Source: a virus (Duplodnaviria; Heunggongvirae; Uroviricota; Caudoviricetes). Taken from it: 22,891 nucleotides of DNA. Of this stretch, positions 6,223 to 17,404 are shown in pieces. The first letter of the stretch is position 1; every line of letters starts with the position of its first letter. Made by a program: the position numbers and the translations under genes. Location: the IMG/VR virus record IMGVR_UViG_2713896907_000001, positions 1 to 22,891 of that record. One strand, written 5' to 3'. The notes under the pieces were generated by a model. That model was not told where the DNA came from. It worked only from the letters and a program-made list of their open reading frames with translations, and did no database searches.

Positions 6223-7571
6223 TAATCACCCCATAAAGACGAGAAACCGGACTTATTGCTGTCGCTTCCTGATTTTCGCTCACTAACATATGTGTCATAA
6301 CCTGATGAACTATATCCCATTGATTCAGCCTCCCTTGCTGCAACCTTTTGAAATACAGAATATTGCGATCGGATTTCAGATAACTGTTTTCTGACGACCT
6401 CTTCAGGCTGTGTTATATCGAGTTTCGCGATCAGGTTTTCCAGTTTTTGGCCTTCAGCATTGGAGAGGCTACCCATACCTCGCATAGTCTGCACGTTCTG
6501 GACAAACGCCCCCGACTTTAATTCTTCTATCGCATTACGGTTTGCAAGCCCTTCAGCACTTGTGAAGCCATCTATATTTCTTCCTTCGAAGCGACCAATA
6601 CCTTCAAGCTCCTTCTTACCAAGCAAAGAATCAATTTTCTCTATCCCTCGCTCACCAGTAATTAACGCATTGTTGTAATTATTGTTGCCATCAAGCCATC
6701 TCTTAGCCTGAGACATTCTGGCTGACGTTGCAGCTTTACCGGTTAGCGGATCAATTCCCGTCGCTGCTATCTGTGAGTTAAGAGACAAAACATCCATATC
6801 CTGAAGTTGTCCTGCTCTTTCAAGGGCCGCCTGTGACTGCTTAAACACATACTTGTCGTGATTCAGTCTTGCCATTTGAGCCTTATAGGAAAGATCCTGA
6901 CCCCTAATAGCCCTCGCATTCGTCATGTCATTATTGCGAATGGTTTCTTTAATTCTTTGCTGCTCCTGCTGGCGACCAACCATCTTATCCTGAACAGCAA
7001 ACGCCTTTTCTGGTCCAAGCGCACCGAGAGACATAGTAGTCAGCATGTGTGATAGCTGCTCTGGATTCTGGATACCTGTCTGAATCATCCAGTCAGCATT
7101 AGCGCCAACGCGATTTAACCTGTCCTTGTTGTCAGTAATGAATTTACTGTAGGCTTCCGGTCCCTGAGAAAGAGCGACGTTAGCTCTCATGGCTAAATCG
7201 CCCATATCGTTGCGTTGCTGCTCATTAAGACCGGAAAACGCCTGTTGTGCCTGCGCAACAAACGCTGGATTTTCCTTGGCAAACTTAAATAGTCCCGATG
7301 GATCACCAGAAGCCCATGCATCAGCATGAACCTTATTGAACGCATTAATCGCTTTCTGTTGCTGTTCCTGCTTATAAATATCAGCAACTCCAGCCAGACC
7401 ACGTAACGCGGTCAGACCAACGTTATTTGCACCTGAGCGAGCCAACTCATTGTTTTCGCGGATCAGACCAAGCGTTGCGTTAATGTCGCTTGCCTTTGGC
7501 GCATTCTCATTTTGCGTACCGATGCCAGCCAGAAAACCACCAGAATTAATACCCTGTTGCCACGTAGCCAT
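6222..7571 (-). CDS. Ejection protein, P22 gp20-like
   Basis: 449-aa ORF between gp7-like and gp16-like genes; stop overlaps the start of the next gene; size and position match P22 gp20. Confidence 0.75.
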   Translation of the reverse strand: MATWQQGINSGGFLAGIGTQNENAPKASDINATLGLIRENNELARSGANNVGLTALRGLAGVADIYKQEQQQKAINAFNKVHADAWASGDPSGLFKFAKENPAFVAQAQQAFSGLNEQQRNDMGDLAMRANVALSQGPEAYSKFITDNKDRLNRVGANADWMIQTGIQNPEQLSHMLTTMSLGALGPEKAFAVQDKMVGRQQEQQRIKETIRNNDMTNARAIRGQDLSYKAQMARLNHDKYVFKQSQAALERAGQLQDMDVLSLNSQIAATGIDPLTGKAATSARMSQAKRWLDGNNNYNNALITGERGIEKIDSLLGKKELEGIGRFEGRNIDGFTSAEGLANRNAIEELKSGAFVQNVQTMRGMGSLSNAEGQKLENLIAKLDITQPEEVVRKQLSEIRSQYSVFQKVAAREAESMGYSSSGYDTYVSERKSGSDSNKSGFSSLWGD

Positions 7572-7581
7572 TGATTACCCC

Positions 7582-8274
7582 TTAAAACAACGAGCCAAGC
7601 AGACCAAGACCAGCACCGATACCAGCACCCCACGGAGTTGATAGCTCGAGAGCACTGGCTATGCCACCACCCAAAAGCGCACCGGATGCAGCACCACTAA
7701 CCCCCTGCTGCAATGCTGACGGTCGGTTGGCGTTTGCCGCAGCCAGCGCCGCGCTTTGCTGTGAAATCTGACTCATGTTGTTGGCATATGTTTGCCCGGC
7801 GTTTGCCTGCCCCTGAAGAGCGCCAAGACCGATATTTGCCAGGTTGTTGTAATTGTTCATTTGTCCAGATAGCCATTGCTGACCAAGCGTTGGTGCGATT
7901 GTTGCTAACTGATTACTGGTTGCGGTGGAACCCAATCCACCTGTTGCTTCCGCTGCAGCCAGACTCTGATAGCGAGCCTGACCAGCAAGATCTTTGTACT
8001 GCTGAGAGTTGTAATACTGGTTAAGTGCCTGACCTTGCCCTTCCAGAGACGATAAGTTCTCGAGGCTGCCGAGATACTTATCAGCCAGAGGAGTAAACGG
8101 CTTCAGGTTGTTCATGATGGTGTTGAACTGCTTATTTTGCAGGTCTGCGGCATACTTCTGAGCTTCTGCGGCATACTTTGCACTTTTATCAGAACTGCCA
8201 CCTTTCCCGCCTTTTTCAGGGCAATAAGGTTCCTCGCCGCGCAGTTTTCTGCCCAGTTTAAATGCATATAACAT
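7582..8274 (-). CDS. Ejection protein, P22 gp7-like
   Basis: 230-aa ORF (MLYAFKLGRKLRGEEPYCPEKGGKGG...) with an Ala/Gly/Gln-rich C-terminal region; position after the gp14-like gene. Confidence 0.7.
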   Translation of the reverse strand: MLYAFKLGRKLRGEEPYCPEKGGKGGSSDKSAKYAAEAQKYAADLQNKQFNTIMNNLKPFTPLADKYLGSLENLSSLEGQGQALNQYYNSQQYKDLAGQARYQSLAAAEATGGLGSTATSNQLATIAPTLGQQWLSGQMNNYNNLANIGLGALQGQANAGQTYANNMSQISQQSAALAAANANRPSALQQGVSGAASGALLGGGIASALELSTPWGAGIGAGLGLLGSLF

Positions 8275-8276
8275 GG

Positions 8277-8732
8277 CTATCTCCCGTGATTCAGGAAGTC
8301 GATTAGTTCTTCGCGTGTGGCGCTGTAAAAAGTCACGTCATCCACGCCTTTAAAGTATTTCTTGATGGTTCCGACACGCTTAAGGCCAATCATTGCGCAG
8401 TAAATCTGCCCGTGGCGGAATTTGCGTGCGGCGAATGATGTGACGCACTGAACGGTGGTGTTAGTCAGAATGTATCGCCAGAACGCCAGCCCGATTTCCT
8501 TGCTGAAGCCGCGAATCTCTGGCAGGTACATGGCGTGGCAATCGAATGTCAGCGGCTGAATCTCCTGATAGTAAACAATGCCGCCGAACTGCCCGTGCAC
8601 GTTCACCTCAAAGTAACGGCAATCAGGTTTGTAGTCGTATCCATCACCGTTGTTGCTCCCGGCGATAATGTCAGGGTGATTTCCGACTGCTTCTATCAGG
8701 TCGATGTTTCGCGTTGGTTTGAATGTAATCAT
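8277..8732 (-). CDS. Head assembly / ejection-associated protein, P22 gp14-like (by synteny)
   Basis: 151-aa ORF immediately downstream of the tail-needle gene with a 4-nt start/stop overlap; called by position in the conserved P22 order 26-14-7-20-16. Confidence 0.55.
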   Translation of the reverse strand: MITFKPTRNIDLIEAVGNHPDIIAGSNNGDGYDYKPDCRYFEVNVHGQFGGIVYYQEIQPLTFDCHAMYLPEIRGFSKEIGLAFWRYILTNTTVQCVTSFAARKFRHGQIYCAMIGLKRVGTIKKYFKGVDDVTFYSATREELIDFLNHGR

Positions 8733-9433
8733 CAGTCAATCAGCCCATGTAATCTAAGTGCCGTTTCAAGCGCCAGAATACGCTGCCGCGCCTGCTGCAA
8801 ACCTGTAGCGAGAGCTGCGACTTCGGATTGTGTGTACGTAGTGCCGACAGTGTATGACTGGTTAGCGTTGAATGAGCCAAGAAGTGGCGTACCTGTGGCT
8901 GCAGTCCATCCGGTATTTCTTGCTCCAACAACCTGAATTCCATCAACTGAATATGATGTTTTTACATTCAGTGGTGACGCAAGAGACTGCGATTCGGTTA
9001 CGGTTTTCGATACGTAATCACTCTTAATGTCAGATACATCGCTTTCTACGCCCTCCAGTCTTTTGTCAACAGTGACAAGATGCGCCTGAATATCGATAAC
9101 CTCATCCAGCAAGTAATCAACATCGCTACGCAGTACGACTATCTTCCCTTCGGCGGTTGTTAACCTGACCTCAAGGAGATTTATCGCTTTTGTGTTTGCG
9201 GTGATTCTTGCATCGTGGTCATCGAGAATCACATCCTGCTCATCGTTTCTGACTTGTGCGTCATAAGCGCCCTGTCCGGCCTCGTTGGCCTTGTTAGCCA
9301 CATTACCAACATCAGTACCCTGTGCGATAACGTAAAGCAGATATGACTGCGAGAAGATATTGCGTGGAAGGACTGATGTATCGAGACGCGTCGCCTGAAC
9401 AATAACCGGTGTGTTGAGATTCGAATCAGCCAT
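8732..9433 (-). CDS. Tail needle protein, P22 gp26-like
   Basis: 233 aa, [43 protein letters not shown]...[60 protein letters not shown]; near-identical to remembered P22 gp26 N- and C-termini. Confidence 0.9.
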   Translation of the reverse strand: MADSNLNTPVIVQATRLDTSVLPRNIFSQSYLLYVIAQGTDVGNVANKANEAGQGAYDAQVRNDEQDVILDDHDARITANTKAINLLEVRLTTAEGKIVVLRSDVDYLLDEVIDIQAHLVTVDKRLEGVESDVSDIKSDYVSKTVTESQSLASPLNVKTSYSVDGIQVVGARNTGWTAATGTPLLGSFNANQSYTVGTTYTQSEVAALATGLQQARQRILALETALRLHGLID

Positions 9434-10851
9434 TACTCAATCCTTATCTGAGCGCCAGACAGAGTGACAGGTGACTTCGTGATAACGCGCAATTTGAAGC
9501 CGACATTTTTCCTGATGCGCCCTACTCGCTTCCACAGAACACGCTTGTCGTAAACGAACGGTTCATTCTGCTCAATCATCTGCTCACGACCGTAATTGAT
9601 GCCGTCAGTGGTTGCAGAGAGAAAAAGGCGATCAGCATACTGCGCAACGCCAGTTGACGACTCAACCTCAAGGTCGAACACTCTGGCGTTATCCGCTTTG
9701 AACAACGGAGTAAACAGCAGGTGTTCCTGTTGAAGACCATACTGACTGCTGATATCGAACTGCAATTTCCCGGTCATGGATTCCAGCTTATCGCCGCACG
9801 TTATCTGATTTCCTTCGTAAATGAAGTCGATAGCGCGGTACACATCGTCATACAAGCCTGTTTTCAGTACACACCATTGCGGACCATTGGCGCTTGAAGA
9901 TGCGTCGTACACGAGAACATGGCGAGGAAGGTGGATAATCAGCAACTCATGAGCATCAAAGCGCAGAGACTCCATCACGCCATCAGCCAGTTCATCAGCA
10001 GTGTAGGAGCGGAGGATTTTCTCAACGCTCGCGCTGGCGATTGGTGATACCTGACCAGAGCCGATGATATACACAGACGGCGCACCTGTTGCCGGATTGC
10101 TGATGAACGCATACGAATCAGCAAACGGCGTTTTGCAGTAAGTTCCGGCAATGCCTTTCTGCACCATCAGCGATGGCTGTGCGACATACAAAGCGGCACC
10201 AACGGTGGTTGCACCTGTCAGGGAAAAATATTCAATAGTCGATGAACCAAAGCAGACGATGAAGTCTCGCCATGTCCCGATACCGATGATGCCGTCCGGC
10301 TGCGATTCTGCGCGATATTGTGCGCTGTAGCGGTCAGGATGCGATTCGTCTTCAAGGTCAGTGATAAACCATGAATCAGTGCCGTCTTTTGACCACGCAT
10401 AACGCCCACGTAAGCGCGTAATGTCGCGAACTGAACCTAACTCGTACTGTGTGAATCCGCTGTCAGTAGGCCAGTTTGAGACGGTTTTAACCGTGCCATC
10501 ATAGCGGTATTCGACCAGTTGACCATTAACACCTATCGCCTGTGATGTCCGACCATGCGCCATTGATACACGATCACTTCCGGCGACGTCACCGACTTCA
10601 CTTTCCCCTTTGTAGAGCTTGCCACCACACACGCGATAAACAGCATTCTGCGCCATGTTGTACTCGACGCCGCGCGATACACCATTCACATCAGAACGTT
10701 TGGCAATGCCCGGGAATGAGCGAAGATATCCGCTGCTGTTGAGGATTTCTTTGGGTGTAGCCAGCATATTCACTGGCAGATAGTCGATATAGTCGGCGTT
10801 TCGGAAGTCTTTGCCGACACCTTTCATAAGTGGAAGTTGCTGAATCGGCAT
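9433..10851 (-). CDS. Tail accessory / head completion protein, P22 gp10-like
   Basis: 472-aa ORF between gp4-like and gp26 genes; same length as P22 gp10; overlapping start/stop with gp26. Confidence 0.8.
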   Translation of the reverse strand: MPIQQLPLMKGVGKDFRNADYIDYLPVNMLATPKEILNSSGYLRSFPGIAKRSDVNGVSRGVEYNMAQNAVYRVCGGKLYKGESEVGDVAGSDRVSMAHGRTSQAIGVNGQLVEYRYDGTVKTVSNWPTDSGFTQYELGSVRDITRLRGRYAWSKDGTDSWFITDLEDESHPDRYSAQYRAESQPDGIIGIGTWRDFIVCFGSSTIEYFSLTGATTVGAALYVAQPSLMVQKGIAGTYCKTPFADSYAFISNPATGAPSVYIIGSGQVSPIASASVEKILRSYTADELADGVMESLRFDAHELLIIHLPRHVLVYDASSSANGPQWCVLKTGLYDDVYRAIDFIYEGNQITCGDKLESMTGKLQFDISSQYGLQQEHLLFTPLFKADNARVFDLEVESSTGVAQYADRLFLSATTDGINYGREQMIEQNEPFVYDKRVLWKRVGRIRKNVGFKLRVITKSPVTLSGAQIRIE

Positions 10852-10860
10852 TTATTCACC

Positions 10861-11322
10861 TCACGTACTCGGATCATCTTTCTCGATGTAAAACCGATTC
10901 CACGTATACGCGCTTTTGTTACCACTACCGCGAGGCATGTCATTTCGCCGCTCAAGTGGTGGTATTTTGGTTAAAGCGATACAGATTGTTTGATATGCAC
11001 TGTCAGCAGCGGTAAGGAGAGCGTCTGACGGCTGAATGACGTTATCCATGCACACTTGCACAGCGAGTTTCAAAGCGACGCCATCATTTGCCCATGCAGG
11101 GATGCCTGAATCATCGTCAGGTAACGGCATGATGCCGTTTTCTGTATCAGCAAACTGATACCCAAGCTCGATACCTTTCGCCTGCCATGATGCCATCATG
11201 TCTTCGAGGTCATTAATGGCATCTTCAATTGCCTGAGGGTCAGCATCTGTCAACGTGGCATTGGAATACAGCCCGGCTTTTCGTAAAGCCTTTAGAACGA
11301 GGTCACCCTTCGTTTTCGCCAT
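10861..11322 (-). CDS. Head-to-tail adaptor protein, P22 gp4-like
   Basis: 153-aa ORF (MAKTKGDLVLKALRKAGLYSNATLTDADPQAIEDAINDLEDMMASWQAKGIELGY...) directly upstream of gp10 in the conserved order. Confidence 0.75.
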   Translation of the reverse strand: MAKTKGDLVLKALRKAGLYSNATLTDADPQAIEDAINDLEDMMASWQAKGIELGYQFADTENGIMPLPDDDSGIPAWANDGVALKLAVQVCMDNVIQPSDALLTAADSAYQTICIALTKIPPLERRNDMPRGSGNKSAYTWNRFYIEKDDPST

Positions 11323-11491
11323 CTTCTTCCGCCTTAGCCACTTTTTGCTTCGTTGCGGTTTCTTCAGGAGTTTTTACCCAGCCTTTTTTCAGGTGAGATT
11401 TAACTTCTTCGTCATCAACAATGATGTAATCGACAGCAAACTGACCACAGGTGATCATGTTGCCCGGCTTATAGAGCATTGTTCGTGCCAT
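11303..11491 (-). CDS. Small hypothetical protein between coat and gp4 genes
   Basis: From ATG at 11491 (GGGAGAAG Shine-Dalgarno): MARTMLYKPGNMITCGQFAVDYIIVDDEEVKSHLKKGWVKTPEETATKQKVAKAEEDGENEG; Sf6-type genomes carry a small gene here. Overlaps the gp4 start by 20 nt. Confidence 0.45.
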   Translation of the reverse strand: MARTMLYKPGNMITCGQFAVDYIIVDDEEVKSHLKKGWVKTPEETATKQKVAKAEEDGENEG

Positions 11492-11532
11492 TGTCTTCTC
11501 CCAATAAAAATGGGGCCGAAGCCCCACCCAAA

Positions 11533-12786
11533 TTACTGCCCGGCAATAACGATGCCCGTATATTCAGGAACAAGTACAGAGCAACCGTACAGAGTGGTGA
11601 AACGAGCAGTGGTTACGCCTTTGATGTGGTCGAAGGCGTAAGACATGATCAGCGTAGCGCCCTGCTCGGTGGTTGCTGTCATTACCTGTGGACCCTGACC
11701 AGTCGGGAACGCCAGTTTGCCGTACATCAGTTCAACAGAGCCATCAGCCCAGAACAGGTTAGCCGGTGCGGCATTCTTGTTGAGAATGGTGATTGCTGCG
11801 CTATTTGCCGCGTTAGCATCAACGTTTGCATATGGTCGGCTGGCGACATCCGCGTTGTCAGGCGGCAGAATTTTCGGGGAGATAGTTACTGTCGTTCCGC
11901 TTACTGCCAGAACGCGGAATACCTGCGGCTGCCCGGTGGTATCTTTGGTGATCTGGTGTACAGAATTCACCCCTGCAATGGTAAACGCATCGCCAACCTG
12001 CAAACCTTCAGCAGATACCGTAATGGTCCCCTGTCGGTTATCCACTGGCATATCGTTAGCATCTTTCGCTTCAACCTTGTGTGCAGGTGCTGCTGCCAGC
12101 GTAATGGAAGTTGCTGTACCCTTCGGAACACGACCAGAAATATCGGTCTTGTAGCTATCGAAGGACGCAACCGGAGGGATCTGCGCTTTTTCGTATGCTG
12201 TCAGGGTTGCGCCCTGAGCATAGGCACGGTGACCAAGCTCGCCAGCAAGGTCTTTGTAGTTGAAGGGGTTCCAGAAAGAGCGACGGTTGATACCCTGAGG
12301 TACACCAATCGCCGTCATGGTGGCATCAATACCTGCCGCACAGCTCCACAAATCACGGCCCTGTGAACCTGTGGTTGAGTCAGCCATCGTGATCACGTTA
12401 GTAGCACGCTGCGTGACCATGGAAATCAGGTCAGAGTCAATCTGTGCAGCAAGGCGCATACCTGCGGCTCGACCAGCTTCAGTTTTATGTTCCGGGTCAC
12501 GCATTTCACGCGCATCCAGAGTGTACAGAATGTTTTTCGGCTCCTTGAACACAGAAGGAACAAGGCGCTGAACCAGTGCTGTAGGCGTTTTGCCGCTGAG
12601 ATCGAGGCCTTCTTCAATGTTCATGTGGTAATGCTGCGGACGATACAGAACATCACCTGCTCGCTGCATTGCGGTATCACCGGGACGGAATTTTTTAGCG
12701 TTACGGGAAACTACGCAGGCGGCCTCAAAGCCTTCAACGTAGTTTTCGAACATGATTTCAAGGTCTTTTGCTAATTGGTTAGCCAT
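11533..12786 (-). CDS. Major capsid (coat) protein, P22/Sf6 gp5-like
   Basis: 417-aa ORF downstream of the scaffold gene. C-terminal half (ANVDANAANSAAITILNKNAAPANLFWADGSVELMYGK...) resembles P22 coat ([39 protein letters not shown]). Confidence 0.9.
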   Translation of the reverse strand: MANQLAKDLEIMFENYVEGFEAACVVSRNAKKFRPGDTAMQRAGDVLYRPQHYHMNIEEGLDLSGKTPTALVQRLVPSVFKEPKNILYTLDAREMRDPEHKTEAGRAAGMRLAAQIDSDLISMVTQRATNVITMADSTTGSQGRDLWSCAAGIDATMTAIGVPQGINRRSFWNPFNYKDLAGELGHRAYAQGATLTAYEKAQIPPVASFDSYKTDISGRVPKGTATSITLAAAPAHKVEAKDANDMPVDNRQGTITVSAEGLQVGDAFTIAGVNSVHQITKDTTGQPQVFRVLAVSGTTVTISPKILPPDNADVASRPYANVDANAANSAAITILNKNAAPANLFWADGSVELMYGKLAFPTGQGPQVMTATTEQGATLIMSYAFDHIKGVTTARFTTLYGCSVLVPEYTGIVIAGQ

Positions 12787-12804
12787 GCTTAATGCTCCGA
12801 TAGG

Positions 12805-13698
12805 TTATTTTTTTGCCTTTTTAGCGGCGAAATACGGCGTCCAGTCACCAGTTTCCAGCGCCTTGGCTTTCAGTTTGTCGAGGTTATTGATTACTGCGCC
12901 GTTGCTCCCCTTAACTGTCGGGGTTGTGGCTGCCGTGGTTTTTGCTTTTGGCATGATTCTGGCCTTCGATTCGATACGTTCCAGCAGACGACCAATTGCT
13001 ACGGGGTTGGTAGCTTCTGCCAGTTGCTTGCGCAGTTCAGCGTTGCGACCGAGCGCCAGAACAACGATTTCCGGCTTCTCTGACTCAAACAGGATCGCGT
13101 TTTGTGTCTCGATGGGAATTTCCTCGAGTACGGCCTGCTCAGCTTCCTGATAGCCAGGAACTTTGAGAGCCTTAACACGTTGCTGATATTTGGATAATCG
13201 CTCTTGATAGGCAGCCTGAAGCTCCTGCTCCTTCTGCTTGCGAGCCATCTCCTGTTGCTGGTACTTGCCGTTATCCTCTGCCCACTTAGCCATGCGTTGC
13301 TGGTAGATTTCTTCATCGAAACCGATGTCCTCATCATCCAGTTTTGGCATTCGCGGTGGGTGAGTGATTACCGGCTGCTGCTCGACGGGTTTCTGAGACT
13401 GACGCATCAGCTCTTTCAGCTCGCGGTCTTTCTCTTTAATCGTCTTGCGCAGGTGTTTTACCAGTCCATGCTCAGCGCCATCTTCGCTGGTTGGCGAATC
13501 CAGCTTTTCGTCACCAAAGTAGAATTCCTGTTCTGATTCGTCGTCATCAGTTTCAGTAGCTTCCTCTGCATCATTGCCGGAGGACTCACTGCCATCTTCT
13601 GTTTCGACTTCTTCAGCCAGTTCGACATCATCAGGAATCTGCTCTGACGCGTCGGTTTCGATTTCAACTTCTGGTGTGTTTTCTGCCATCTGGTCCAT
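12805..13698 (-). CDS. Scaffolding protein
   Basis: 297-aa ORF with a very acidic N-terminus, a charged Gln/Glu/Lys/Arg-rich helical middle and a basic C-terminal tail (DKLKAKALETGDWTPYFAAKKAKK); sits between portal and coat. Confidence 0.8.
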   Translation of the reverse strand: MDQMAENTPEVEIETDASEQIPDDVELAEEVETEDGSESSGNDAEEATETDDDESEQEFYFGDEKLDSPTSEDGAEHGLVKHLRKTIKEKDRELKELMRQSQKPVEQQPVITHPPRMPKLDDEDIGFDEEIYQQRMAKWAEDNGKYQQQEMARKQKEQELQAAYQERLSKYQQRVKALKVPGYQEAEQAVLEEIPIETQNAILFESEKPEIVVLALGRNAELRKQLAEATNPVAIGRLLERIESKARIMPKAKTTAATTPTVKGSNGAVINNLDKLKAKALETGDWTPYFAAKKAKK

Positions 13699-13788
13699 TT
13701 GTTACCCCTGTTTACTCGATGTTCAGCCCATCGGAAGGCAATAGGGTGCAAGGCCTCATAAAGACAGCCATTGCACGTTATGGGTTAA

Positions 13789-15987
13789 TTACTGCTGTGG
13801 TTGTTGCTGGGTTGATTTTTGCAGGATGCTGCTGATGTCCATTCGTTGTGCATGGCCCTGTGCCTGACTTTTCAGGACAAGCTCTGCATCAGCACGGGCA
13901 TTGTCTCCTTGCTGTTGCTGGAACTGTCCGAGCAGTTTCAGCGCCTCACGGATATCAGATTTTTGCTGGCTATCGGCAGATGCGAGGATTTTCACAACAT
14001 TTGCCGCAGCAACCTGAGCATCCGTCTGTGCCTGGAATGCTTTAACCTGAATGGCTGCCTGTTCGTTCTGCGCTTTCTGCAATTCAGCCTGACCAGCAAG
14101 AAGCTGACCTTGCGCTGCAACCATAGCCGGATCTGGCTGACTGGCCTGTTGTTGTTTCGCCTGTTCAACCATCTGCTGTTCTTCAGGCGTTCTCGGCTTG
14201 ATAACGCCAGACAGAAGCAACTGATTGCGGTTGTATTCTTTAAGGTCGTCCATCCCTTCGCCGTCCATATTGTCGAGAATCATCGACGATACAAGGTCGT
14301 GCTTCGGCGTTCCTGGTGGGATAAGTGCCAGCATGGAAAGTAACGACTTAACCGTTGCATCACGGCGAGTAGCGAACGACTGACCGACATCGACAGTCAC
14401 TTCATAGTTACCCTGCGAAAGGTCGTTAAGCGCGATAACCTGCCCTGTCTGACGGTCAACCACTTCACCAGTCATCAGCGCCACGTCATCGCTGCCATCC
14501 TCATTAACGATGCGCATTGGCGTATCGCTGCCATAGACTTCACGAGCCATAGAAAGCCACACGACGCCAGCACGGCGCATGGATTTAGCCATGTTGTCCA
14601 TGTAGATATAGGACTGCGTGTCCATCCGATTAAAGATGCTATCAACGGTATCGGTAGCGACGTTGCTCGGCATGTTCTCAAGCTGCGACGCACCTGTAAT
14701 TTGCTGAATAGCCGTTCCGGTGTACTGCAATAGCCCGGCAAGAGCAGGAGGCATTTGTGTCGGAGGTGTCCAGCCAGCAACCTGAGCCTCTGAAATGACC
14801 GTTCCGTTTTTGTCCTTCTTGCTGGTCATGGGAAGAACTGCAGGTCTTTTCTTATTCCTCTCTGCCCAGTGATTCATTAATGGACCGGGAATGAAATCAA
14901 CATCCACGATAGGAATGCCATCACCGCCAGCCTGAGTAGCGTTATCTGCAATCATGGAAACCATCAGGTTCTCAAGACGCTGTGCATCCATCGCTTTTGC
15001 TGCGTGGCCTTCGATTCGCTCCTGATTATCAACAAATGAGCGACGCCCATATACCGGGATGAGAGGAATATGTTCGCCAGGAATACGCTTCGGTTCTTCC
15101 AGCCATTCAGCGCCAGAAAGAAGACCGCAATAAACTCGGCGTTTCTTCACCGTTCTCTCGCCAATCAGTTCGAATGCACCATCGGTCAGCTCGTCGACAA
15201 TATCTTTGATTTGCTCTTCATCATAGATTGCCGTTTCTCCGCTAACAGGGTTGCGCCACGCCGTGAGCTTCACCTTCTCTATGCGAACTTCGTAGTAACG
15301 TCCAACATAGATGGCGTCAGGCGTTGACCAGTCATACTGAGTACCAGTGTCATCCCGAGAAAGGCTTGCCGCAATGGAATCAGGGTATTCAGCCTCGAAC
15401 GCTTTAGGCGTCATGGAGAACATTTCCATAGCCCACATAGCATCAGAGCGGTCATATTGTTTGCTGTCCTGATCGAAGAAGACGCATGTCGCCGGGTCGT
15501 AAACAGGAAGAATGCTGATGCGTCGCTGCTCGTTACTTGGGTCCATTTCATCTTCGTAATCGGCACACATGCGGAAACAACCGAATCCGCCCGTTACAGC
15601 ATCATCAAATGCGTTATCACACGCTTCGCCACCTGATGTTTCCTGATAGTCAGCGCGGAATTTGCCGTTCATCTTTTCGGCTAACGCTTCCGATGCCTTG
15701 TCATCCTTCGGCCTGAATTTAACGCTGATGCGATTCTGTCGATACTCGCCAATGATGCGATCACATTCACGGGCAATCTTATTCAGTTCAAAGCGCGGGT
15801 AATGCTCAAACCTGCCTTCATCAAATGAGTAACCAGCGTTTGTGCTGCCTTCCCACTGTGCGCCGGATACCCGGACGAAACGTTGAGCCTCAATAATCTG
15901 CTCACGCATATCCTGCGTTGCTGACCAGGCATTATCAAAGTTGCACAGCACCTTGCGATGCCAGTCAGTCATCTTTTTTTCTGCCAT
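13789..15987 (-). CDS. Portal protein, P22 gp1-like
   Basis: 732-aa ORF. Segments such as KRRRVYCGLLSGAEWLEEPKRIPGEHIPLIPVYG and the C-terminal Gln-rich helical region ending DISSILQKSTQQQPQQ align with remembered P22 portal (KRRRVYKSIITCT...AGEHIPIVPVFG; long C-terminal barrel). Confidence 0.9.
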   Translation of the reverse strand: MAEKKMTDWHRKVLCNFDNAWSATQDMREQIIEAQRFVRVSGAQWEGSTNAGYSFDEGRFEHYPRFELNKIARECDRIIGEYRQNRISVKFRPKDDKASEALAEKMNGKFRADYQETSGGEACDNAFDDAVTGGFGCFRMCADYEDEMDPSNEQRRISILPVYDPATCVFFDQDSKQYDRSDAMWAMEMFSMTPKAFEAEYPDSIAASLSRDDTGTQYDWSTPDAIYVGRYYEVRIEKVKLTAWRNPVSGETAIYDEEQIKDIVDELTDGAFELIGERTVKKRRVYCGLLSGAEWLEEPKRIPGEHIPLIPVYGRRSFVDNQERIEGHAAKAMDAQRLENLMVSMIADNATQAGGDGIPIVDVDFIPGPLMNHWAERNKKRPAVLPMTSKKDKNGTVISEAQVAGWTPPTQMPPALAGLLQYTGTAIQQITGASQLENMPSNVATDTVDSIFNRMDTQSYIYMDNMAKSMRRAGVVWLSMAREVYGSDTPMRIVNEDGSDDVALMTGEVVDRQTGQVIALNDLSQGNYEVTVDVGQSFATRRDATVKSLLSMLALIPPGTPKHDLVSSMILDNMDGEGMDDLKEYNRNQLLLSGVIKPRTPEEQQMVEQAKQQQASQPDPAMVAAQGQLLAGQAELQKAQNEQAAIQVKAFQAQTDAQVAAANVVKILASADSQQKSDIREALKLLGQFQQQQGDNARADAELVLKSQAQGHAQRMDISSILQKSTQQQPQQ

Positions 15988-15988
15988 A

Positions 15989-17404
15989 TCAACCTACACC
16001 ACAAGGAATTGAGTAACTGGAATAGTCGGGTTGCGCAGCCGACTCCGGGCAATGCATACACATCATCAGCGCATCAGCCAGGTTAGGAGATGGAATACCG
16101 AGCTTCTGCTTCATTTCGACCTTAGTCATAAGCTCCAGCTTCCCGTTGTTATTGAATTTGCGCTGAATCTGCGTAAGTTCTGCAAACAGCTTCTCCAGCA
16201 TCTTCTCGCCTATCGCTTCTTTGTCGAAACTCAGCATGTCGTCTGGGTCTGCATACTCACCGTGAACAACCGCCCGATATGTCAGATACAGCCTGTCAGC
16301 CAGCGCGTAATAGAATTGCGCTCGCTTATTGCGGAAAACATCGCCAATAGTGCGGACGTTGTCTCCCTGCACGACTTCATCAGCCCATGCTCCGGCCTGA
16401 TAAGGCGCATCTTCATCGAATGGCGATTCGCTGCCCTTGAACATCGTGGCGGTAATTTTCTTGCCGGAGAATGCTTCCGTTGTCTGTCTGCGTAGCCCTG
16501 CACCGACACCATCACCATCCCACAGGTAATGGTCAGCGCCGTCTTCAATTGCCAGCGAAGTAGCCCAGTCAGCACCCTCGTTGATGTCCATCAGCAGACC
16601 TTCGGCAATGCGCTTAACTACCGAACCGTGACGCGATGCATAACCTTTAGCATCTGGCCCTGTATCTGATGGGTCATGCGCAGAGACAACAGCGCCTTTC
16701 GCTTTCCATCCGAGTTTCTTGTGCGCATCGGTTGCGGCTTCAAGCCATTCACGTTTGATGATTGCCATATCACTTGCGCTTACTGGCTCACCAAGCCAGA
16801 TGTGACGATACAGTGTCGGGTTTCTGCGTTTACACTCTTCCATCTCCAGACGGAGAACTTCAGGAAAGTGCGGGTTGTCGGTGTAGTTCACCGTCAGCAG
16901 ACAAATATCATCGGGAGGGTTTACTACGAATCGCTGATAGGTATCGTCGAGGATGTTTTTCGGGTTAAAGCTCACCCATATTTCGGAAAACGGCTTGCGG
17001 ATGGTTGGTATCAGGATATCCCATGATTCCTTCGTTACCGCTTCCGCTTCTTCCACCCAGCAGATATCAATGCCTTCGAGCGATTTAATCTTCGTCGGGT
17101 TGTTTTTGATGCCGTAGAACATGAATTCAGCATTCGTTCCGAGATGACGAATCATTGAACGCTGAATTTCAAACTCAGCCGAATACCCTTCCCGCTCTAT
17201 GGTGTCTTCAAGCAACCGGATTACCGAATCGCTGATACTGTTTTGCAGTTCACGAGCGCAGAGAATACGCACAGGCTGCCGACGCGCCGCTTCAACAAGC
17301 AGCCTCGCAATTGCCCATGATTTACCGCTACCTCGACCGCCTTTGGCGACTTTGTAGCGATGCGCCTCAATAAACGGTTCAAAGATAGGATTAATCGAGG
17401 TCAT
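15989..17404 (-). CDS. Terminase large subunit
   Basis: 471 aa, MTSINPIFEPFIEAHRYKVAKGGRGSGKSWAIARLLVEAARRQPVRILCARE... with a Walker A ATPase motif and a C-terminal nuclease region; matches the Sf6-type large terminase as I remember it. Start overlaps the terS stop (ATGA). Confidence 0.95.
   Translation of the reverse strand: MTSINPIFEPFIEAHRYKVAKGGRGSGKSWAIARLLVEAARRQPVRILCARELQNSISDSVIRLLEDTIEREGYSAEFEIQRSMIRHLGTNAEFMFYGIKNNPTKIKSLEGIDICWVEEAEAVTKESWDILIPTIRKPFSEIWVSFNPKNILDDTYQRFVVNPPDDICLLTVNYTDNPHFPEVLRLEMEECKRRNPTLYRHIWLGEPVSASDMAIIKREWLEAATDAHKKLGWKAKGAVVSAHDPSDTGPDAKGYASRHGSVVKRIAEGLLMDINEGADWATSLAIEDGADHYLWDGDGVGAGLRRQTTEAFSGKKITATMFKGSESPFDEDAPYQAGAWADEVVQGDNVRTIGDVFRNKRAQFYYALADRLYLTYRAVVHGEYADPDDMLSFDKEAIGEKMLEKLFAELTQIQRKFNNNGKLELMTKVEMKQKLGIPSPNLADALMMCMHCPESAAQPDYSSYSIPCGVG

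Noticed and set aside
11479-12366. 295-aa plus-strand ORF
   Set aside because: Completely antisense to the coat protein gene; Cys/Arg-rich composition typical of a non-coding frame opposite a real gene.
12999-13751. Minus-strand ORFs of 112 and 97 aa in alternative frames of the scaffold gene
   Set aside because: Same-strand overlapping frames of the scaffolding gene with Arg/Ser-rich translations; no independent start signals.
13819-14343. 174-aa plus-strand ORF inside the portal gene
   Set aside because: Antisense to the well-supported portal coding sequence; Leu/Arg/Cys-rich low-complexity translation.
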